Positions 19,380 through 28,821 of a stretch of DNA of 64,000 bases are shown here, piece by piece. Numbering within the stretch: position 1 is the stretch's first letter; each line of letters opens with the position of its first letter. Under the pieces are notes generated by a model that saw only the letters and a program-made list of their open reading frames with translations, ran no database searches and had not been told where the DNA came from. The position numbers were made by a program, and so were the translations under genes. The stretch lies in the sequence record MT446416.1. One strand, written 5' to 3'.

Positions 19380-21344
19380 ATGAGTATAAATCGAATTAGA
19401 GGTGATGGTGGTGTAATTATAGATAGTCAGGCATTTCTAGAATTACCTAAAGCACCGACTAAAGAAACCGCTGATGTGGTTAGATCAGGGATGATTAGAT
19501 ACAATAAAGGATGGAAAGCATTTGAAGGTGTACTAGACTTTGAAGATGGTTCAATGGCATATCGACGTTTTGCAAACCTAGATGCGAACGGTAAACTTCT
19601 TACTTCCCAATTACCAGATTCAGTAACTAGTGGTTTACAATTTGTTGGTACATATAATCCCATCCCAGATGATATCGATCCACCTTTAGCACAAACTCCA
19701 CTACCAGCACCATCACCATCGCTTAATGGTGATTATTATGTCGTTCGTGGTATAATGGATGCCGCACAAGCACATTATGAAGCAAATAATCCACAAACAA
19801 GTCCTGTTACATTTACACCTACAAATCCAACTGGACAAGGTAATTGGATTGAAATTTTATATTATGTTGACTCTAATCCAAATATATCTGGTGCTAAACT
19901 AGTAACATACGCTTTTGCTAGAATTATTACTGCATCTATTCCCAGTACTGGACATGATGGCCTTGAAAATTTAGCAACAGATACTGACTTGACCAAACCA
20001 TTTGCATCTGGTGTTCCAATGAACCAAACTGCACTTTCAGATGGCGATTGGATTATTATAACTGAAGATAAGAATATACGTCTTCGTCAGTCAAGAACAA
20101 GCATTTCCGCTGCTTCAGTATTATATGACAATACTGTAATGATTGCAAATCATCGTCAATTTAGAACAAACGCAGGGACCGTTCAAACATCCATAGATAA
20201 CGTTGTGATTGAGTGTTTACGTAGAACTGGCGATTCCATGTATAATGATGGAACAGACGGCTCTGGGCGTTTTGGGGTGGTGTATGGCAGTGCAGCAGCA
20301 CCAGCATTGACATTTAATAATAATCCGTTTGACCCAACGAATAACCCAGGTAATGACCCAACTAAGTGGTCCGATGCTAATACTGGTATATTTCATCCAT
20401 CCGATGACGCAATTGGGTTCAGCACTGCTGGCACAGAACGTGTTCGAATTAATAATGGAACACTAACATTATTCCAAACTACCGCTACACCAGCAGCTAC
20501 GCCAGTAATACGTTTTGATAATGCATCAAACACAAACGTAGGGATAAGTGCAAGTAGTAATATTATTTCTTTAAGTTCAATGAATAAAGTTCAAGTTGAA
20601 TTTAAAAATGGTGAATCACATTTTCATGGAAATATTATTGTAGATGGTTCAACATCACTAACTGGTGATTTAGACGCAGGTAACATCAATGCCAGCGGGA
20701 ATTTAGTTGTTAAAGGTAATACAACACTAGGTGACACTACTGGTGACACTATTACAGTTAATGGTGTTAGTACTTATAATGCAAATACTAATTTCAATGG
20801 AACTAATAACAAATTCAAAAACATAAACTTACTAGAGAATGGTGTATTCACATTAGAAAGTACTACAAACCAAAGTGATATAAAACTACTTGGTGCAGAC
20901 TTACGTTTCACTATGGGAAGTTATGCTGATGTAAGTATATATGATAACGGTGTTATTCGTACTCGTTTCAACCGATATGGTATTCAATTACCAGTACTGG
21001 CTACAATTGATAACTCGGTTGGTGTTGATGGTATGATTGCATACTCAAATACCGAACGTACATCGATGCAGAAGGTTCAAGGACAATGGGTTCCAATTGG
21101 TTCTGGTTCTGTTCGTACTGACCCGTTTGTTGCGTCAGCGTGGGTTTTAAACGGCTCATATTACACATTAACAGTAACTGCTAGTAACATAGTAACTGCT
21201 GAAATTCAAGAACTCGTAAGTACTGGTGTTTACACTCGTGTTGAAGTTGATAGTGTTACATTCAATGGAACAAGCGTAGTGTTCAGTATCCCTGCAACTC
21301 CTGATGTGAGATTTGCCGGACGTACACTGGTTACATTAAGATAA
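19380..21344 (+). CDS. Virion fibre/baseplate structural protein
   Basis: LELPK...GMIRYN...FEG at the N-terminus and QLPV...GMIAYS at the C-terminus; FSTAGTERVRI and TTLGDTTGDTITVNG fibre-like motifs; TAAATA upstream. Confidence 0.55.
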   Translation: MSINRIRGDGGVIIDSQAFLELPKAPTKETADVVRSGMIRYNKGWKAFEGVLDFEDGSMAYRRFANLDANGKLLTSQLPDSVTSGLQFVGTYNPIPDDIDPPLAQTPLPAPSPSLNGDYYVVRGIMDAAQAHYEANNPQTSPVTFTPTNPTGQGNWIEILYYVDSNPNISGAKLVTYAFARIITASIPSTGHDGLENLATDTDLTKPFASGVPMNQTALSDGDWIIITEDKNIRLRQSRTSISAASVLYDNTVMIANHRQFRTNAGTVQTSIDNVVIECLRRTGDSMYNDGTDGSGRFGVVYGSAAAPALTFNNNPFDPTNNPGNDPTKWSDANTGIFHPSDDAIGFSTAGTERVRINNGTLTLFQTTATPAATPVIRFDNASNTNVGISASSNIISLSSMNKVQVEFKNGESHFHGNIIVDGSTSLTGDLDAGNINASGNLVVKGNTTLGDTTGDTITVNGVSTYNANTNFNGTNNKFKNINLLENGVFTLESTTNQSDIKLLGADLRFTMGSYADVSIYDNGVIRTRFNRYGIQLPVLATIDNSVGVDGMIAYSNTERTSMQKVQGQWVPIGSGSVRTDPFVASAWVLNGSYYTLTVTASNIVTAEIQELVSTGVYTRVEVDSVTFNGTSVVFSIPATPDVRFAGRTLVTLR

Positions 21345-21345
21345 T

Positions 21346-21378
21346 AAAAAAGGGAGACATAAGTCTCCCTTTTCTTTT
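21346..21378. terminator. Bidirectional intrinsic terminator
   Basis: AAAAAAGGGAGAC-ATAA-GTCTCCCTTTT between convergent genes. Confidence 0.9.
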
Positions 21379-22306
21379 ATACAGCCATTGGTGCTTTGAT
21401 TGTTGGCATTGGATCGTAATTAACTAATTTGAAAGAATCCATAGTGAAATCTTCAATATCAGTAATAGTAGGATCTAACCATAATTCTGGTAATGTACGT
21501 GGTTCACGTTGGAGTTGCTCTTTTACTTGTTCAATATGGTTTTGATAGATATGGCAGTCGCCACCATTCCAAATAAATTCACCAACATCTAACCCAGTAA
21601 TTTGTGCAATCATATGAGTTAGTAGTGAGTAACTACTAATGTTAAATGGTACACCAAGGAATAAATCAGCACTGCGTTGATGAAGAATACAACTTAGTTT
21701 ACCCTGTACAACACAAAACTGCACAAAGCTATGACAGGGTGGCAAAGTCATAGCATCAAGCTCACCAACGTTCCATGCACTTAGAATGTGACGACGACCG
21801 TATGGATCAGTATTGATACCTTCAATAACTTGTTTTAGCTGGTCAGTTACACGACGCATAATAACACCATGTGAACCAGTATAATCAATAACTTTATACC
21901 CTTTATCTTTTAGTTCTTGAATTTCTTCAGTACTGGAACTGAATTTATAATCTTCCCATTCACGCCATTGTTTACCATAAACTGGGCCAAGCTCACCATC
22001 AGAATACCCAAGGCTTACACCTTGATTAAGGTAGTTGTCTGTCCAAATTGTTTTCTTTTCTACATCACGTGTCCCGTGTAAAATTTCACACAGACGACGC
22101 TCATCGTGAGAACCTTCAATAAACCATAACAATTCTGAAGTCATTGCTTTCCAAGCCAAACGTTTAGTAGTTACTGCTGGGAAACCTTCTTTTAGGTCAA
22201 AACGCATTTGTTGTCCGATTAGCTTGATAGTGCCAACACCAGTACGATCAACGCTTTCGACACCTTGATCCAGAATTCTTTGATATAGTTCTTGTAGTTG
22301 TTTCAT
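21377..22306 (-). CDS. thyA: Thymidylate synthase (ThyA/td family)
   Basis: DRTGVGT, LGPVYGKQWR, SAWN, LPPCH and QRSADLFLGVPFN motifs; no intron visible. Confidence 0.97.
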   Translation of the reverse strand: MKQLQELYQRILDQGVESVDRTGVGTIKLIGQQMRFDLKEGFPAVTTKRLAWKAMTSELLWFIEGSHDERRLCEILHGTRDVEKKTIWTDNYLNQGVSLGYSDGELGPVYGKQWREWEDYKFSSSTEEIQELKDKGYKVIDYTGSHGVIMRRVTDQLKQVIEGINTDPYGRRHILSAWNVGELDAMTLPPCHSFVQFCVVQGKLSCILHQRSADLFLGVPFNISSYSLLTHMIAQITGLDVGEFIWNGGDCHIYQNHIEQVKEQLQREPRTLPELWLDPTITDIEDFTMDSFKLVNYDPMPTIKAPMAV

Positions 22307-22899
22307 TTTACGTCCTTGAAAAATGTAATAAAGTGTTCCATGTGTTTTTGTGTAGCATTACGTGAACCAATCCCAGTCCAGTTACCGTGTGGTGCTGGTA
22401 TTGAGAATGTTTCAGTAAACTCTTTCAGTACTGTATCATAATAAAATACAGAGCGAGTGTTCATATCATAACAANNNNNNNNNNNNNNNNNNNNNNNATC
22501 CATATACATCTGTACTGCCCATGCAGTTCCACCTGAAACTTGCGTAGGTGATGTAATATTTGCAATACAATATACTCTTTTAGTATTAAGTATCTGATAA
22601 CTATTTCTTGCAAGTAATTTATATACATACGAACCGGGCTTCGGAACTGTTCGGCGTAAAGAGTAACATGCAATGTTTAATTGTTTTAATATTGAACTAT
22701 CACAAAGGATATTGGATGGAATTTCTAATATAGTATTTTCATCTACGCTGCTTTGGTGACCCTTGAATGAAAAATTTATTACTTCAAATCCATTGTCTTT
22801 TGCATAGATAGAAAAAAGGCGGTCAGCACCTGCTGCCCCGCCACTGAAACATACATTAGATAAACCATTGATTGCTTCATCTAATTCTATTTTATTCAT
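22303..22899 (-). CDS. SLOG-fold-like hypothetical protein (contains a 23-N gap)
   Basis: SGGAAGAD near the N-terminus and SGGTAW later; frame appears preserved across Ns at 22475-22497. Confidence 0.45.
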   Translation of the reverse strand: MNKIELDEAINGLSNVCFSGGAAGADRLFSIYAKDNGFEVINFSFKGHQSSVDENTILEIPSNILCDSSILKQLNIACYSLRRTVPKPGSYVYKLLARNSYQILNTKRVYCIANITSPTQVSGGTAWAVQMYMDXXXXXXXXCYDMNTRSVFYYDTVLKEFTETFSIPAPHGNWTGIGSRNATQKHMEHFITFFKDVK

Positions 22900-22904
22900 T
22901 TATA

Positions 22905-23558
22905 TTATTTTGCTTTACGTTCTGCAAATGCCTGTTTAACTTTCTCAATTGCTTTGGTTTGTGAAATTCCTTCTGGGATTTCAATATAGAAAGTTTTGCT
23001 ATCAGGTGCTACAGGTGTTGCTTGAACTTGTGGACGTAGAGATGGTTCTAAGTTGTAAGCACGTTCAAAGTGCTCTTTAGCCAACTGCTCATAACGTTGT
23101 GCATCTTTAAGTAGTTGCTCAACAATGGTAGCTTCTTCAACAGAAGTATCAACTTCTTGTGGCTTGAATGGGTTGTATTCTTTAACTTTACCATCTTCAT
23201 GTTTTTTAGTATCATTATCATTGATTGCGTTGTTTAGAACATCAAGAGAAATCTTACTGTTTCCGCCAACATGCATATCAATATCACAAGTACGTGCACG
23301 ACGCAAATGTTGTAGATTATGAAGAACATCTAGCATTTTGCGACCGTCTAGATGACCAATCTTATGCATAACTTCCCACAAATCTACATTCGATTGACCT
23401 TGATTCATTACTAAATCTGCAACAGATTGAGCATATGCTTCAGGAAGTGAGTCGCGATAAACAATGAGACAATGTTCTGGATCATCAGGGAGTGAACGCC
23501 ATACCACAAATACTCGTGAACCCGTATTACGTACTACACCAACGTGACGAATAGCCAT
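22905..23558 (-). CDS. Hypothetical protein
   Basis: 217-aa ORF with SD GGAG and phage-like codon usage. Confidence 0.7.
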   Translation of the reverse strand: MAIRHVGVVRNTGSRVFVVWRSLPDDPEHCLIVYRDSLPEAYAQSVADLVMNQGQSNVDLWEVMHKIGHLDGRKMLDVLHNLQHLRRARTCDIDMHVGGNSKISLDVLNNAINDNDTKKHEDGKVKEYNPFKPQEVDTSVEEATIVEQLLKDAQRYEQLAKEHFERAYNLEPSLRPQVQATPVAPDSKTFYIEIPEGISQTKAIEKVKQAFAERKAK

Positions 23559-23560
23559 TA

Positions 23561-23791
23561 TTATTCTCCTTTATTTTGTTCAGCAGCAGCTTGTGCAGCA
23601 TCAGCTTCTTCTTGTGCTTTGATATCTTCGAGTGCAGAGTTAGCAAACTCAACAAACTTAGATACGACTGGAGCAACATCAACAAGTTCTTCGACTTTAA
23701 ATGAATTACGAGCAACAGCAGCTTCCATGATTTTAGCAGCGTTGATTAGGTCGATTAGGGTTAGTTGAATTTTTTCTGGTTCTTGTTCCAT
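23561..23791 (-). CDS. Small helical hypothetical protein (76 aa)
   Basis: Start reassigned to ATG 23791 (GGAG about 9 nt upstream); the longer ORF-track start lies within promoter/terminator elements. Confidence 0.6.
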   Translation of the reverse strand: MEQEPEKIQLTLIDLINAAKIMEAAVARNSFKVEELVDVAPVVSKFVEFANSALEDIKAQEEADAAQAAAEQNKGE

Positions 23792-23825
23792 TTTAATACT
23801 CTCCATGTATGTTGTTACAAATATA

Positions 23826-23853
23826 ATTATATCACCTTTTTCCAAGCTGTCCC
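23826..23853 (-). promoter_or_regulatory. GGGACA-N16-TATAAT promoter
   Basis: Minus strand GGGACA gcttggaaaaaggtga TATAAT; same architecture at 44835-44862 and 57615-57642. Confidence 0.65.
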
Positions 23854-23857
23854 GCTG

Positions 23858-23888
23858 AAAAAAGTAGAGAACGGAATTTTCCGTTCTC
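23858..23888 (-). terminator. Intrinsic terminator
   Basis: GAGAACGGAA-AA-TTCCGTTCTC-TACTTTTTT on the minus strand, after the vWA gene. Confidence 0.75.
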
Positions 23889-23900
23889 ATTATTTAGTAC

Positions 23901-25310
23901 TTAGCTACGTTGACGCTTTTTGTCAGCTTCATATTCGTAGTGTACAGTTTCGCCAAATGGTGCTTGTTTGTTAGGATTACTGTGGATAACAAACAGTGTC
24001 TTACAGTAATCAGGATCACCCCATGACTGCCACGGCTCACCATCGGTAAACATAATAAGCTGTTTAGGCTTATAGTTGTCATGCTTCATATGAACCCATA
24101 CTGCTTCAAAGTCAGTACCACCACCACCTTTCACTGGATATTCGAGAATCTTACTCTCTTCACCAGTTTTGTAATCTTTAACAGTATAAACTTCAGTATC
24201 GAACGTCATGATACGGATTTTAAATTGTTTAAACTGCTTAGTGATACCCAGTACTTCACTGATGAAATCACGGAGCATATCTTCAGAGATAGAACCGGAT
24301 GCATCTAGTGCAATTGCAATATCAATATCATCATCTGGTTTCATGCCTGGGAAGATTGGATTCCCGTAGAATGAACCAGTACTACCAAAACCAGCACCCC
24401 ATGAACGACGATTAGGACTTTGATAAGTTGCGTCAGACTTCAACCAGCTACGCAGTGTGCGGTGAAGTTTGGAACGCCAGTCAATCTTAGGTTCTTTGAA
24501 GTTGTTAATCATACGTGCGATTTCAGCAGGAGTACCACCTGCACGAGCAGCATTCATCATTGCTGTTTTGAAATCATCCATATAATCACGTTTTTGTTTA
24601 TCACTTGAACCACCTTCTTGACCTTCTTGTGGAACGTCATGCTGGTCGATTGTTGTACCTTTGCCTTTACCATCTTTGATATCACCAAAAGTACCGCGTG
24701 ATTTACCTTCACCCTCACCACTACCAGCCTGTGGATTTCCTTCACCTTCCCCGTCTTGATCCTGTTTATCTTCTTCTTCGAGAATGTTATAAATCTCTTC
24801 AGCAGTCATACCATCGTACTTTTTATCGTACAGCCATTGGCTTTGGATTTTACCAATTTTATCACGAACAAGAATCTGGTTAATTGCATAGTCAGCAGCA
24901 CGGTTATAACGCTGCGGGTCACGCATACCACGACGCAAGAAGTGGTCATATGCACAGTGAAGAATCTCATGACAGATAACTGCAATCAGGTTTTCATCAG
25001 TCAAACCTTCTGTCATTTCTTTAAGTTGTTCTTCAGTTACTTCAGGATGTTTCTCACGAATTGCTTCTTCGTATGCGGACTTTTTGGATTGGTCCTGAAT
25101 ACCCATGATGAATTCTACGTTGTAGAATAAATGCTTACCATCTACTGCCAAAGTACGACACCATGTATTGTTTGCAACTGGACGCAGACGAGAAGCCAGT
25201 ACACCAAAGAATGGGAATGTTAGCATTAAAGATGTGCGAGCTAAGATCAGACGATCTTGACATTCTTTCTGGAGAGCCGGAGTAACATCACTGAAACGTT
25301 TATCTGACAT
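23901..25310 (-). CDS. Zn-metallopeptidase-like + vWA domain protein (DUF2201-like)
   Basis: TLAVDG and HEILH (HExxH) in the N-terminal half, acidic/Gly linker, MIDAS LDASGS ... GGGTDF ... FTDG. Confidence 0.85.
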   Translation of the reverse strand: MSDKRFSDVTPALQKECQDRLILARTSLMLTFPFFGVLASRLRPVANNTWCRTLAVDGKHLFYNVEFIMGIQDQSKKSAYEEAIREKHPEVTEEQLKEMTEGLTDENLIAVICHEILHCAYDHFLRRGMRDPQRYNRAADYAINQILVRDKIGKIQSQWLYDKKYDGMTAEEIYNILEEEDKQDQDGEGEGNPQAGSGEGEGKSRGTFGDIKDGKGKGTTIDQHDVPQEGQEGGSSDKQKRDYMDDFKTAMMNAARAGGTPAEIARMINNFKEPKIDWRSKLHRTLRSWLKSDATYQSPNRRSWGAGFGSTGSFYGNPIFPGMKPDDDIDIAIALDASGSISEDMLRDFISEVLGITKQFKQFKIRIMTFDTEVYTVKDYKTGEESKILEYPVKGGGGTDFEAVWVHMKHDNYKPKQLIMFTDGEPWQSWGDPDYCKTLFVIHSNPNKQAPFGETVHYEYEADKKRQRS

Positions 25311-25335
25311 TTGTATTTCCTCGTTTAGTTAAGAT

Positions 25336-25365
25336 AAAAGAAGGATACCATGTGGTATCCTCCTT
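25336..25365 (-). terminator. Intrinsic terminator overlapping a sigma70-like promoter
   Basis: GGATACC-ACAT-GGTATCC-TTCTTTT; TTGACA (25365-25370)-N17-TATCCT overlaps the stem. Confidence 0.7.
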
Positions 25366-25385
25366 GTCAACACTCTTTTTAATTA

Positions 25386-26714
25386 TTAACCAAGAGAGCG
25401 TGCTTTACGTACTAGGTCAGAGTACTTCATAACGAAGTCTTTAAACGCTGGTACATCTTTAATCGTAATCGCTACTTTATGAAGCGTGATGGTACGAATC
25501 GCCAGTACTGCCAGTTCTGCTTGAGTTGCAGAGAAGTTATGGTCTAGGAAGGTGATGAAGTTGTTGCACAGCTTACCCCAATCTTCCACTGGTAGACGTT
25601 GTTCTTGCTTCTCATTGTAGAGGTCGATAATTTTGTAAACCAGATTCAGAGTGATGAAGTAGTTCGCGGAAATATCAAGCGAAGCATCAATCTCTTTAAT
25701 CTCACCCTGTAGGATGGACATGGTATCTGGTAGTTTAGCTACGTTATCAACATACTCGATGTATTCAGTTGCTACGCCTTCACCAACACGACCTGCAATC
25801 ATCGCACGGAACACTTCTTTATCAATGTTCTTAACTTTCTTCAGATCTTCGTAGCGTGCTACTGCTTCCCATGAACGTGGAGAAGTACCACCACAGTGAG
25901 AAGGATCTTGTGGGCTAAGGGTGTTGAAGTGTTTAGCACCAGTGTTGTTGATGAACGCAACAGTTGCTGGGTTCAAACGCTTGCCAATCGCATAATCGTT
26001 AATCCAATCTTGATGATAAGGAATCATTTCGATGTGGGTCATACGGTCACGCAGTGGTGTAGCTAGAGAGAACGTTACACCGCCATCAGTTTCACGGTTA
26101 CCTGCTGCGAGAATCAGTGCAGTCTTAGGTAGCTTCATCTCACCAACACAACGGTCGAGGATTAGCTGGTAAGACGCTGCCTGTACAATCGGCATTGCAG
26201 AGTTGATTTCGTCAAACAGGATAACACCTTTCCAATCATCGGGCAATTTCAGTACTTTTGGTGCTGCCCACACAACTGCTGTTTCAGCGATGTAATCTTG
26301 TGCACTAGCCAGTTCAGATTCAATCAGTTGCTTACCATCCATATCAAGGAACACTTTCTCTGGAACTGGAATACCACGAAGGTCACTTGGTTCAATCTGA
26401 GACAAACGGAAATCGATAAAGTTAGTGTCTTGGTCGATTAGTTTGGCTTCAAACGCTGCCAGTTCACGGCGAAGTTGATCGGCATTTTCAGTATCAGCTT
26501 CGATTTGTTGTTTCATGAACTCAATTTTTGCCACGTTATCTTTACGCAGTGGGTAGTTCTCATCAGCGTATTGACGTGCGATAGCAGATTTACCGATACC
26601 AGGGCTACCCCAAATCATCAGGCTATCTTGAATCATGTCAGCCAGTGCCATTGCTTCTTTAGCTTTCTTAGGAGTCAGTTTTACGTTCAGGATATCGTTG
26701 TTTTGAGTAGACAT
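25386..26714 (-). CDS. MoxR-like AAA+ ATPase
   Basis: Walker A WGSPGIGKS, Walker B LFDEIN, sensor AAGNR, Arg finger LRDRM, SPRSW; adjacent to the vWA gene. Confidence 0.85.
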   Translation of the reverse strand: MSTQNNDILNVKLTPKKAKEAMALADMIQDSLMIWGSPGIGKSAIARQYADENYPLRKDNVAKIEFMKQQIEADTENADQLRRELAAFEAKLIDQDTNFIDFRLSQIEPSDLRGIPVPEKVFLDMDGKQLIESELASAQDYIAETAVVWAAPKVLKLPDDWKGVILFDEINSAMPIVQAASYQLILDRCVGEMKLPKTALILAAGNRETDGGVTFSLATPLRDRMTHIEMIPYHQDWINDYAIGKRLNPATVAFINNTGAKHFNTLSPQDPSHCGGTSPRSWEAVARYEDLKKVKNIDKEVFRAMIAGRVGEGVATEYIEYVDNVAKLPDTMSILQGEIKEIDASLDISANYFITLNLVYKIIDLYNEKQEQRLPVEDWGKLCNNFITFLDHNFSATQAELAVLAIRTITLHKVAITIKDVPAFKDFVMKYSDLVRKARSLG

Positions 26715-26754
26715 GTATATTTTCCTTTTGTTGGATAAAATCGTTTAGGTTTCT

Positions 26755-27007
26755 ATTATAGCCAATCCGTGGGCAAAAGTAAAGGAACTGTGTTAAAAGA
26801 ATTTTTAACTTATCAGTTCCTTTGTTACTTCATGAATCATCCGTGTATTTAAAAAGGCATTTCTCTTTGCCGTCTTGATGTGGTCATTATATCACATCGT
26901 TCAGGCTTGTCAACAACTTTTTTTTATTTCTTTTTCAATCTCACATCTTGTGATTTTGAAAACTTGCTTCGTGGTGGTCATTATATCACATCATTCGGCG
27001 TTGTCAA
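26755..27007 (-). promoter_or_regulatory. Three tandem sigma70-type promoters upstream of the MoxR gene
   Basis: TTGACA-N16-TATAAT at 27007-26980 and 26913-26886 (94-bp spacing, shared GATGTGATATAATGACCAC), plus TTTACT-N17-TATAAT at about 26783-26755. Confidence 0.8.
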
Positions 27008-27034
27008 CATCTTTTTTTTTCTTTATTTTCGAAG

Positions 27035-27412
27035 CTACATGTGCATCGAAATTAACATTCTAAAATCATCACCACACAATGTTAACTCTGTAACTATCAT
27101 TGCGTCAGAGAGGTATATGTACTGCCCTTCAACATAGTAGGGTGAAGTACATATCCTATCAAGCGATGTAAAGATTATAGAACTTTTGAACTCTCTTTGC
27201 AAGGGGATTTTTGTAAATTCGTAAAGAATGTTTTCTTTACAAATTGTATATCCAAACTTGCTAAGTCTTAAACCACCGCCAGTTCTGAAATTTTCAAAAA
27301 TTGACATCAGAAGCATACGGTCTGTTAATTCAGCGTCTGATCCATGTACTTCTCTAACTTTTAAAAGTACATCGTTTTGAAATTCAGTACTGTTGTGTGG
27401 TTCAGGGATCAT
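27035..27412 (-). CDS. Hypothetical protein
   Basis: 125-aa ORF abutting the upstream gene. Confidence 0.6.
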   Translation of the reverse strand: MIPEPHNSTEFQNDVLLKVREVHGSDAELTDRMLLMSIFENFRTGGGLRLSKFGYTICKENILYEFTKIPLQREFKSSIIFTSLDRICTSPYYVEGQYIYLSDAMIVTELTLCGDDFRMLISMHM

Positions 27413-27415
27413 ATA

Positions 27416-27808
27416 TTACATCCCCACAAAACCCTGTCTTGCTGCATATGAAGGAGCATCTTTAACTTTATAGTCTTGGACACCATCTTTACCAATTTTC
27501 GGACCCATATCTTTGGTTCCGAAGCAGCAATCAGTGGATTCATCAACTTCTTCAGTACTTTCATCATTATATCGAACATCCGATAAAATGTCACACGCTT
27601 TTTGAAGCTTTTCTACGATTTCTTTTTGATCTTCACCTGATTTAACCTTATCCACAATGTGGATAAGGCATTCGGTGATATCTTTAAGTAAATCGGTGGC
27701 TACAGCATCAGAAGGAGTCTCAACTGCAAAACTTTCTTCTTCAGTAGATTCTTCACTAGAAGTGATTTCATCTAATGCTTCAACCAATTCACGATAATTA
27801 TATCCCAT
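27416..27808 (-). CDS. Acidic hypothetical protein (possible internal head protein)
   Basis: Acidic, tight operon spacing, LVEA/VDES motifs. Confidence 0.6.
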   Translation of the reverse strand: MGYNYRELVEALDEITSSEESTEEESFAVETPSDAVATDLLKDITECLIHIVDKVKSGEDQKEIVEKLQKACDILSDVRYNDESTEEVDESTDCCFGTKDMGPKIGKDGVQDYKVKDAPSYAARQGFVGM

Positions 27809-27809
27809 C

Positions 27810-28799
27810 TTATTTGTCCCCTAGAAATTGTTGATATTTCTTCTGGAGACTTTCGAAAATGTCTTCGACTTCTTCATCGCTTTCATCTTCTAGTTCTTCG
27901 TTACCTTCCACGGACTCATCACTCTCATTAACATTGAGTGGGTTGTCACCTAGAGCAGTACCTGGAAACTTAGGTTCAAATTTGTGAACACGGTTCTCGT
28001 TACCGTCATTGTCATAGTACTCTGGTTCAGGACGATTGTCAACATCTTCATCAACGACACGTCTCCAGTAGAACTTGTTACCCTTGGTAATAACAACAAA
28101 GTGGTCACCTTCTACACCATTAGTTTTAGCTTGACCGTCACGAACGGCATCAGCTTCAGTGTTGTAAGGTCCAAAATCAGTACTGTCACCTTGTTCTTCA
28201 TCTTCAGAGATGGTTAGGTCTGGTAGGAAAGTGTTTTCTTCAACTTTAACTTCAGTATCTGGGTTACCTTCTACTGAATATTCATCTTCTGGTTCGTCTT
28301 GAAGACCAGCTAGAGATAGCATACGACTGAAATCGAATTCTTCTTCGATGATTTCTTCTTCTTCCTCTTCTTCAACTGATTCTAGTTGAGGTTGACCGGA
28401 AAGATCTAAAGAAAACTCTTCTTCATCTGCAACCCCAGGCTCTTCGAACTCTGCATCCATACTTACTTCTTCAGAATCACCACCAAAATCACCAGCTTCA
28501 GCAGATAGTGAGTCAGCAGCTACTTCCAATGGGTCTTCAACTGGTGCATCAATCGCACCATCCATTGCACCACCAACTTCTTCTTCAGCACCAGCACCAA
28601 TGGAATCCATGTCGAGTGGAGCGATTGGTGGTAGAGAAGGGGTCATAGACCCCATAGAAGGAACTGGAGCAGCAACAGGAGAAGCTTGACGCTCTGCTTG
28701 ACCAGCTAATGCAAGCATACGAGATAGTGTTTCTAGATCTTCAGATTCTAGACCTGCGATATCGATTTTAACTTGTGCTTCATTAATTTTTTTAGCCAT
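27810..28799 (-). CDS. Highly acidic low-complexity protein (possible scaffold/internal head protein)
   Basis: Very E/D-rich; INEA, QLES, VNES and IFES motifs. Confidence 0.6.
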   Translation of the reverse strand: MAKKINEAQVKIDIAGLESEDLETLSRMLALAGQAERQASPVAAPVPSMGSMTPSLPPIAPLDMDSIGAGAEEEVGGAMDGAIDAPVEDPLEVAADSLSAEAGDFGGDSEEVSMDAEFEEPGVADEEEFSLDLSGQPQLESVEEEEEEEIIEEEFDFSRMLSLAGLQDEPEDEYSVEGNPDTEVKVEENTFLPDLTISEDEEQGDSTDFGPYNTEADAVRDGQAKTNGVEGDHFVVITKGNKFYWRRVVDEDVDNRPEPEYYDNDGNENRVHKFEPKFPGTALGDNPLNVNESDESVEGNEELEDESDEEVEDIFESLQKKYQQFLGDK

Positions 28800-28821
28800 T
28801 TTAAATAAATCCTTTTAGTTA

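Noticed and set aside
21377-22306. td-type group I intron in thymidylate synthase
   Set aside because: The ORF is continuous with all motifs in order; the ~25-aa insert after QWR is in-frame coding sequence.
22475-22497. Run of 23 Ns as a biological feature
   Set aside because: Assembly gap; the reading frame appears continuous across it.
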